From an uncultured Candidatus Rokubacteria bacterium (GTDB lineage: Bacteria > Methylomirabilota > Methylomirabilia > Rokubacteriales > DASRDR01): a stretch of DNA of 64,000 bases. Numbering within the stretch: position 1 is the stretch's first letter; every line of letters begins with the position of its first letter. Positions 57,139-64,000 of the stretch are shown here, piece after piece. The position numbers were made by a program, and so were the translations under genes. The notes under the pieces were generated by a model. That model saw nothing but the letters and a program-made list of their open reading frames with translations. It was not told where the DNA came from and did no database searches. The stretch lies in contig CAWGVS010000005.1 of the NCBI GenBank assembly GCA_963826115.1, positions 64,001-128,000 on the forward strand, written 5' to 3'.

Positions 57139-60100
57139 TCAGGCGGGTCTCCGGATCCGCCGACCGTGGCGGGCCGACGCGGCGACCAGGTCGCGCACCT
57201 CGCCGAGGAGCGTCTCGCGGCTCAGCGCGCCCTTCTGGAGGACGCGCGCCACGTACCCGTTGAGGCGCTCGTGGTCCTCGGAGGAGAGGTCCTTCGCCGT
57301 GATGACGACGATCGGTACGGAGCGCCACGCGGGGTTCTCCCGGGCGGCGGCGACGAAGTCGAATCCGTCCATCTCGGGCATCATGAGATCGAGGAGAACC
57401 ACGCCGGGCACGCTCTCGCGGAGCCGGTCCAGTGCCGCGCGGCCGTTATCAGCCTCGATGACGGCGTAGCCTTCCCGCTCCAGCATCCGCCGCGCCAGCT
57501 CGCGGAAGTCCGGATCGTCGTCGACGACGAGGACAGGGAGGTCCTGGCGGTAGCGCCCGAGCACGGCCACGAGACGCTCGCGATCGATCGGCTTGGTCAG
57601 GTAGTCGGCGGCCCCGAGGGTATACCCGAGATTCCGGTCGTCGAGCATGGTCAGCATCACCACGGGGATGTCGGCCAGCTCCGCGTTCGCCTTCAGCGCC
57701 GCGAGCACGGACCAGCCGTCCATGCCGGGCATGAGGACGTCGAGCGTGATGACGTCTGGTCGGAGCTCCCGGGCGCGCCGCAGGCCCTCCTCTCCGCTCG
57801 ACGCCGTGACGACGCGGAACCCTTCCTTGCCGAGGAATCGCGACATCAGGTCGCGTACCGCCCCGTCGTCGTCGACCACCAGCACGGTGTTCGCGCCGGC
57901 CGATGCCGGCTCGCTCTTCGCGGGCGCCGGCGGCTCGCGCTTGGCGTCCGTCACCTCCGCCGGCAGCCGGATCGTGAACGTGCTGCCGCGTCCGGCCTCA
58001 CTCACCACCGTGATGTCTCCGCCCATCATCCGGCAGAGGCGGCGCGAGAGCGCGAGCCCGAGCCCCGTTCCCCCGTAACGCCGGGTGGTCGAGGCATCCG
58101 CCTGTCCGAACTCCTGGAAGAGCCGGCCGATCTGCTCCGACGTCATGCCGATGCCGGTATCGCCTACCGCGAAGACGATCGCGGCGCCGTCCTGCGCCGC
58201 GTCCCGGCTGACGGCCACCGACACGACGCCGCGCTCGGTGAACTTGCACGCGTTCGACAGGAGGTTGAAGAGCGCCTGTCGGAGCTTGGTGAGGTCCGCG
58301 CGCATGGCGCCGACATCCGGGGGGCAATGGACCTCGACCCGGTTCGCGTTCTTCTGGGCGAGAGGCTCCAGCACCGCGGCGACGTCGCGCACGAGCGGCG
58401 CGACCTCGAAGGACTCCAGATAGAGCTCCATCTTTCCCGCTTCGATCTTCGACAGGTCGAGCACGGCGTTGATGAGCTCGAGGAGGTGCTTGCCCGCGGC
58501 GTGGATGCGCTGGAGGTCCGGGAGGAAGCCCTCGGCGTGCTGGTCCTGCGCTTCCTCCTGCAGCATCTCGCTGTAGCCGATGATGGCGTTCAGAGGCGTG
58601 CGGAGCTCGTGGGACATGTTGGCCAGGAACTCCGACTTGTGGCGGCTGGCGACCTCCAGCTCCCGGCTCTTTGCCTCGATCTCCCGGAAGAGCCGCGCAT
58701 TCTGGATGGCCAGGGCGGACTGTCCCGCGAAGGTTTGGAGGAGATTCACGACCTCGTCCGGGTACAGACCAACCGCCTGCCGCCACACGGTCAGCACGCC
58801 CAGGATCCGGTTCTCCGACAGGAGCGGGACCGCCAGGACCGAGCGGTAGCCCCGCTGGAGCAGGACGGTCCGGAGCCGGGTCGCGCTGTACGAGCGCTCG
58901 TCGGTGATGTCCGGAAGCTGGACGGGCTCGCGCCGGAGCGCGGCCTGGCCCGTCGCACCCTCTCCGAGACGGAGCGGCTCTGCGCGTAGCACCTCCAGCA
59001 GCTCGTCGGGCATCTGGTGGCTGGCCTGGAGCTCGAAAGCCTGCGTCGCCTCGTCGTACTCGTAGACCACGCCGCCACCCGCGCCCGCGAGCTGGACCGC
59101 GCGGCTCACGATGGTCGTCAGGACGGTGGGCAGATCCAGGGTGGAGCTGACCGTGCGGCTGACGGCGCTCAGCGCCTGCAGCTCCTCGACCGACCTGGTG
59201 AGCTCCCCGGTTCGCGCCTGCAGCTCCGTCAGGAGGCGGACGTTCTCGATGGCGATGACGGCCTGGTCGGCGAAGGTGGTCACCAGCTCGATCTGCTTGT
59301 CGGTGAACGGCCGTACCTCCGACCGCCACATTGCGAACACGCCGATGAGCACCTGCTCCCGGAGCATCGGCACGCCGAGAAGGGTCCGGATGTTCCCCAT
59401 GCCAGGCGCCTCGCTATTCTTGTGGCGCCAGTCCGCGTCCGCCTGAGCGTCGGGGATCTGGGCCGTCCGTCGATCCAGAGCGACCCGGCCGACGACCGAG
59501 CCATCGCCGGCGCGAATGGGGTGATCGCGGGTGAAGTCTCTGAATGCGGAAGGCGCGTTGTAGTCCGCGGCCAGATCGAACAGCTGGCCGCTCGATCGGA
59601 AGATGAACCCTTGCTGCGCGCCGCACAGCCGCGTCGCGTTCTCGACCAAGGTCGCCAGGACCGGCTGGAGGTCGAACGTCGACCGGCTGATGACCTTCAG
59701 AACCTCGCTGGTGGCGGTCTGCTGCTCGAGGGCCTCGGTGAGATCGCGGTTGCGCGCGTCCAATTCCTTGAACAGGCGCACGTTCTCGATGGCGATGACC
59801 GCCTGATCCGCGAACGTCTCCAAGAGCTTGATCTGCTTGTCCGAGAACGGGCGGACTTCCATGCGGCGGATCAGGATCGCGCCGAGCGCCTGGCCCTCGC
59901 GCAGAAGGGGCGTGGCCAGCGTGGTGCGGTGGCCCGTGAGCCGCTGGGTCTCCCGGCCCACGGGGTACTCGGCCTCCGATTCGGCCATGAGGTCATGGAC
60001 GTGAATGGTTCTTCGGTCCACGACGGCACGACCCGTCACCCAGCCGCGGCCGATGGGCCTCGCGGGAGGACTGGGGATTGGCCCGAACGAGGCGGCCGGC

Positions 60101-63100
60101 CGCAGGAGATCCCCATCCGCGCGGAAGATCTGCGCGTCGTACGCGTCGCAGAGCCGCGCGGCGTTCTCGGCCACGGCGGCGAGCACCGGCTGGATGTCCG
60201 TCGGCGAGCTGGAAATGACCCGCAGGATCTCGCTGGTGGCGGTCTGCTGCTCGAGGGCCTCGCTGAGGTCCCGGTTGCGAGACTCCAGCTCCTGGAACAG
60301 GCGGACGTTCTCGACGGCGATGACCGCCTGGTCGGCGAACGTCCGCACGAGCTCGATCTGCTTGTCGCTGAAGGGGCGAACCTCGCTGCGTCGGATCATG
60401 AGGACGCCGATCACGGCGGCCTCCCGGAGCATCGGGACCGCAAGGATCGTCCGGACCTCGTCGCCCCGCTCCGAGGTCGCCCAGGTGTACTCGGGGTCGG
60501 CCATGGCGTCGGCGATGTGGACGACGCGGCGCTCGAGCAGGGCCCGTCCAGTGGCTGACTCGCGCCCGGGCCGGTGGGGATTCCGCCGGACGACCTCCAC
60601 GAACTCCGGGGCCTCTCCGCAGGCCGCCGCCATACGGTAGACGTCCCCGTCCTGCCGGTAGATGAAGCCCTTGTCGGCGCCGCACAGCCGCACCGAGCTC
60701 TCGAGCAGGCTCTCCAGGACGGGCTGGAGGTCGAACGTCGACCGGCTGATGACCTTGAGGACCTCGCTGGTGGCCGTCTGCTGCTCGAGGGACTCGGTCA
60801 GATCCCGGTTGCGGGCCTCCAGTTCCTGGAACAGGCGGACGTTCTCGATGGCGATGACGGCCTGGTCGGCGAAGGTCTGGAGCAGCGCGATGTGCGCCGG
60901 TGAGAAGGGCTTCGGTTCGCGTCGCGCGACATTGATGGAGCCGATCGACTCACCCTCGCGCATGAGGGGGACGGCGAGCATGGCCCCCCAGCCTGTGTCA
61001 TTCAGTTGCGAACGAGGATACGCGGGATCCTCGATGAGATTCGGCACGTGGACAACCGCACGGGTGAGGATCGCGCGGCTGGAGGTCCGGCGTGGATCTG
61101 GAGGCATTGGATACTGGTTCTCTAGGAAGCGCCTGCCGGCGGGCGTCTGCCCGTGATGAGCCACCAGGTGCACGAGGGTGCCGTCGAATCGGAACACGGC
61201 GCTGAACACTCCGTCGCACAAGCTAAGGGCGCTGCGGGCAATCACGTCGAAGACCGGTTGGACGTTCGTCGGTGATCCGGAGATGACCCGAAGAATGTCA
61301 CTCGTGGCTGTCTGCTGTTCCAGTGCTTCCGCAAGATCACGGTTCCGAGTCTCGAGCTCCATGAACAGCCGGACGTTCTCGATGGCGATGACCGCCTGGT
61401 CGGCGAAGGTGGTGACCAGCTCGATCTGCTTGTCGGTGAAGGACTGGGCGGAGTTCTTCTCGACCGTGATGACGCCGATGACCGCGCCCTCGCGGAGCAT
61501 GGGCACGGCCAGGATCGTCCGGTCCCCGGCCACGGAGGTCCGGTCTGGGTCGCTCCGGTCCACCTCGGCCCAGCGATACTCGGGGTCGGTCGCCGCATCG
61601 CGGACGTGGACTGCGCGGCGCTCGAGGAGGGCCCGGCCCGTCGCCGAGGTGCGGTCTAGGGCGATCGGGTGCTTCCGGAGGAGCTCGATGTACTCCGGCG
61701 CGCCCCCGTAGTGGGCCGCGACGACGTAGTGATGGCCGTCCTGTCGGTAGATCGCGCCGTGGCCCGCCCCGCACAGCCTCACCGCGCTCTCGACGAGCGT
61801 CTGCAAGACGGGCCCGAGGTCGAACGTCGACCGGCTGATGACCTTGAGAACGTCGCTGGTGGCCGTCTGCTGCTCGAGAGACTCGGTGAGGTCCCGGTTT
61901 CGGACTTCGAGCTCCCTGAAGAGGCGGACGTTCTCGATGGCGATGACGGCCTGGTCGGCGAAGGTCTTGATGAGCGTGAGTTGGCGCTCCGAGAAGGGCC
62001 CGGGCTGCTTTCGCGCGACCAGGATGGTCCCGATGGGGCGGCCGTCTCGAATCATCGGCACCGCGAGCCCGCCGCGCCAGCCGCCGGCGACGGCGATGGC
62101 CGGCGCGTACTCCCGATCCGCGAGCAGATCTGGCACGTGGACCAACGTTCCGCTCAGGATGGCGCGGCCCGTCAGCTGTTGCGGGCTTGGGCGCATCGGG
62201 TACATGCGGTCCACCGCGGCCAGCGCTTCCGGAGTGTAGTCGTGCTGCGCGACCGGGCGGTGAATCATCTCGCCATCGAACAGATTGACCGCCCCGAAGA
62301 GCCCGCTGCAGAGGCGAACGGCGCTGCGGACGATTGTGTCGAAGACCGGCTGGATGTCCGTCGGCGAGCTGGAGATGACCCGAAGGATCTCGCCAGTTGC
62401 GGTCTGCTGTTCGAGCGACTCGGCCAGGTCGTGGTTGCGCGCCTGCAGCTCCGTGAACAGCCGGACGTTCTCGATGGCGATGACGGCCTGGTCGGCGAAT
62501 GTCTTCAGAAGCTCGACCTGCGCATCCGAAAAGTATCCGGATGTCCGCCGCCCGACGAAGATCACCCCGACGACCTGTCCGTCGCGAAGCATCGGCACTC
62601 CGAGACAGGCGCGGTATCCGCCAGCGCGTGCGGCCTCCTTGGTCTCGTAGTCCCGGTCGGCGAGCACGTCCTCGACGTGGACGATGGCTTGGCGCCGGAA
62701 CGCCCGCGCGGTCACCGTCTCGGCGTCGGGGGCCATCGGGAACGCTCGCCGGACGGTCTCCACCTGCGCCATGCCGCGGAGGGTGGCGAGCTGGATCAGG
62801 TTCCCGTCGAACCTGGATACGACGCTGACGTCGGCGTTGCACAGCCGTTCGGCGCGCTCTCCGATGATGTCGAAGACCGGCTGGACGTCCGTCGGGGAGC
62901 TGCTGATCACGCGGAGGATCTCACTGGTCGCCGTCTGCTGCTCGAGGGATTCGGTGAGGTCGCGGTTCCGGGTCTCGAGCTCCTGGAAGAGGCGCACGTT
63001 CTCCACGGCGATGACCGCCTGGTCGGCGAAGGTCTCGAGCAGCTGGATCTGAGCCCGGGTGAACGTCCCCGGTTCGGCGCGTATGACGACGATCGCGCCG

Positions 63101-64000
63101 ATGGGACCGCCCTCGCGCAGCATCGGCACGGCAAGCACGCCTCGGAAGCCGCCGGCCCGACCGATTTGCTGCACGTACTCGGGGTCCGCCAACAGGTCCT
63201 CGACGTGGACGACGGACTGCGTGAGGATCGCCCGACCGGACATCATCCGGCGATCCGGAGGCATCGGGAACGCGCGCTGTAGCGCCTCGAGGACCTCCGG
63301 CGTGCAGTTGTGGTGAGCCGTGAGGTGCACCAGGGTGCCATCGAATTGGTGTGCGGTACCGTACGATCCACCACACAGCCTCACGGCGCTTCGCACGATC
63401 GTGTCAAAGACCGGCTGGACGTCCGTGGGCGAGCTCGAGATGACGCGGAGGATCTCGCTGGTTGCTGTCTGCTGCTCCAGGGATTCGGTGAGGTCGCGGT
63501 TCCGGACCTGCAGTTCCTGGAACAGGCGGACGTTCTCGATGGCGATGACGGCCTGGTCCGCGAAGGTCTTCACGAGGTCGACCTGCCGCTCGCTGAACGG
63601 TCTGACCTCTCGCCGCCACGTCGTGATCACGCCGATCACCGCGCCCTCACGGCGCATGGGGACGGCGAGGACGGTCCGCGGGTTCTCCGTTCCGTGCGCG
63701 CGCGTCGGCGAGTACTCGGGATCAGCCAGCACATCGGGGACGTGGACCACCTGGCCCTCGAGCGCGGCCCGCCGTGTCGGCGTCTCCCGGCTCGGACGAA
63801 CACGCTGGGTGTCGAGCTGCGCCGCAAACTCGGGTGTTGCCCCCTCGTGCGCTGCCGTCCGGAGCACCTCGCCGTCGGAGAGGAACACCGCGGCAATCTT
63901 CGCCTCGCACAGGCGCGTGACGCTCCGCAGGATCGTCTGGTAGATCGGCCGAAGGTCGCTCGGCGAGGTGCTGATCGCACGGAGCACCTCGCTGGTCGCG
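57139..64000 (-). CDS. Giant cytoplasmic hybrid histidine kinase: >=10 GAF + HisKA + HATPase + 2 receivers (5' end outside window)
   Basis: Nine FADQAVIA(I/V)ENVRL repeats plus one [14 protein letters not shown]; [29 protein letters not shown]; frame open at the window edge. Confidence 0.93.
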   Translation of the reverse strand, partial: ATSEVLRAISTSPSDLRPIYQTILRSVTRLCEAKIAAVFLSDGEVLRTAAHEGATPEFAAQLDTQRVRPSRETPTRRAALEGQVVHVPDVLADPEYSPTRAHGTENPRTVLAVPMRREGAVIGVITTWRREVRPFSERQVDLVKTFADQAVIAIENVRLFQELQVRNRDLTESLEQQTATSEILRVISSSPTDVQPVFDTIVRSAVRLCGGSYGTAHQFDGTLVHLTAHHNCTPEVLEALQRAFPMPPDRRMMSGRAILTQSVVHVEDLLADPEYVQQIGRAGGFRGVLAVPMLREGGPIGAIVVIRAEPGTFTRAQIQLLETFADQAVIAVENVRLFQELETRNRDLTESLEQQTATSEILRVISSSPTDVQPVFDIIGERAERLCNADVSVVSRFDGNLIQLATLRGMAQVETVRRAFPMAPDAETVTARAFRRQAIVHVEDVLADRDYETKEAARAGGYRACLGVPMLRDGQVVGVIFVGRRTSGYFSDAQVELLKTFADQAVIAIENVRLFTELQARNHDLAESLEQQTATGEILRVISSSPTDIQPVFDTIVRSAVRLCSGLFGAVNLFDGEMIHRPVAQHDYTPEALAAVDRMYPMRPSPQQLTGRAILSGTLVHVPDLLADREYAPAIAVAGGWRGGLAVPMIRDGRPIGTILVARKQPGPFSERQLTLIKTFADQAVIAIENVRLFRELEVRNRDLTESLEQQTATSDVLKVISRSTFDLGPVLQTLVESAVRLCGAGHGAIYRQDGHHYVVAAHYGGAPEYIELLRKHPIALDRTSATGRALLERRAVHVRDAATDPEYRWAEVDRSDPDRTSVAGDRTILAVPMLREGAVIGVITVEKNSAQSFTDKQIELVTTFADQAVIAIENVRLFMELETRNRDLAEALEQQTATSDILRVISGSPTNVQPVFDVIARSALSLCDGVFSAVFRFDGTLVHLVAHHGQTPAGRRFLENQYPMPPDPRRTSSRAILTRAVVHVPNLIEDPAYPRSQLNDTGWGAMLAVPLMREGESIGSINVARREPKPFSPAHIALLQTFADQAVIAIENVRLFQELEARNRDLTESLEQQTATSEVLKVISRSTFDLQPVLESLLESSVRLCGADKGFIYRQDGDVYRMAAACGEAPEFVEVVRRNPHRPGRESATGRALLERRVVHIADAMADPEYTWATSERGDEVRTILAVPMLREAAVIGVLMIRRSEVRPFSDKQIELVRTFADQAVIAVENVRLFQELESRNRDLSEALEQQTATSEILRVISSSPTDIQPVLAAVAENAARLCDAYDAQIFRADGDLLRPAASFGPIPSPPARPIGRGWVTGRAVVDRRTIHVHDLMAESEAEYPVGRETQRLTGHRTTLATPLLREGQALGAILIRRMEVRPFSDKQIKLLETFADQAVIAIENVRLFKELDARNRDLTEALEQQTATSEVLKVISRSTFDLQPVLATLVENATRLCGAQQGFIFRSSGQLFDLAADYNAPSAFRDFTRDHPIRAGDGSVVGRVALDRRTAQIPDAQADADWRHKNSEAPGMGNIRTLLGVPMLREQVLIGVFAMWRSEVRPFTDKQIELVTTFADQAVIAIENVRLLTELQARTGELTRSVEELQALSAVSRTVSSTLDLPTVLTTIVSRAVQLAGAGGGVVYEYDEATQAFELQASHQMPDELLEVLRAEPLRLGEGATGQAALRREPVQLPDITDERSYSATRLRTVLLQRGYRSVLAVPLLSENRILGVLTVWRQAVGLYPDEVVNLLQTFAGQSALAIQNARLFREIEAKSRELEVASRHKSEFLANMSHELRTPLNAIIGYSEMLQEEAQDQHAEGFLPDLQRIHAAGKHLLELINAVLDLSKIEAGKMELYLESFEVAPLVRDVAAVLEPLAQKNANRVEVHCPPDVGAMRADLTKLRQALFNLLSNACKFTERGVVSVAVSRDAAQDGAAIVFAVGDTGIGMTSEQIGRLFQEFGQADASTTRRYGGTGLGLALSRRLCRMMGGDITVVSEAGRGSTFTIRLPAEVTDAKREPPAPAKSEPASAGANTVLVVDDDGAVRDLMSRFLGKEGFRVVTASSGEEGLRRARELRPDVITLDVLMPGMDGWSVLAALKANAELADIPVVMLTMLDDRNLGYTLGAADYLTKPIDRERLVAVLGRYRQDLPVLVVDDDPDFRELARRMLEREGYAVIEADNGRAALDRLRESVPGVVLLDLMMPEMDGFDFVAAARENPAWRSVPIVVITAKDLSSEDHERLNGYVARVLQKGALSRETLLGEVRDLVAASARHGRRIRRPA

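Noticed and set aside
57139-64000. Regularly spaced repeats as a CRISPR array
   Set aside because: Spacing is about 500 nt and the repeats are in-frame GAF linkers; no cas genes

Overview
Very GC-rich (roughly 70-75% by eye), gene-dense bacterial window. The mix of solute-binding proteins, STAND adenylate cyclase and giant poly-GAF kinase suggests a soil lineage such as Candidatus Rokubacteria/Methylomirabilota (inference only). Contents in order: a copper module (RAPPA-ending leader ORF, CopC-CopD fusion, secreted His-first protein); two GT2 glycosyltransferases and a PAP2; an NMT1/SsuABC-type ABC transporter with an MTAP/PNP-like phosphorylase; EamA; a YagF/YjhG dehydratase; DUF885; an amidase; a TRAP transporter; a PLP C-S lyase, Rieske oxygenase, MarC, TauD and DoxX; a coupled operon of Mo-hydroxylase large subunit, M20 deacylase, threonine-synthase-like enzyme and a strongly divergent urease (ureABC, no accessory genes); an accessory, partly decayed island at about 32.4-42.6 kb (HpnO-like aminotransferase, FAD reductase, YceI, two-component pair, ACP remnants, nested direct repeats, heme-c protein, a second RAPPA leader, phosphoesterase); AcpA; a CoA-ligase/amidohydrolase catabolic operon; and a cAMP/phosphorelay cluster ending in a hybrid kinase with at least 10 GAF domains. 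Most interesting: small exported or membrane leader ORFs ending in the ribosome-arrest motif RAPP(A). One lies upstream of copCD with an anti-SD directly after its stop codon. A second type carries a YDGDxDDVG motif and occurs twice, one copy truncated by the window edge. Also notable is a urease paralog with intact Ni ligands but a remodelled substrate pocket. No rRNA, tRNA, CRISPR array, transposase or integrase was recognised.
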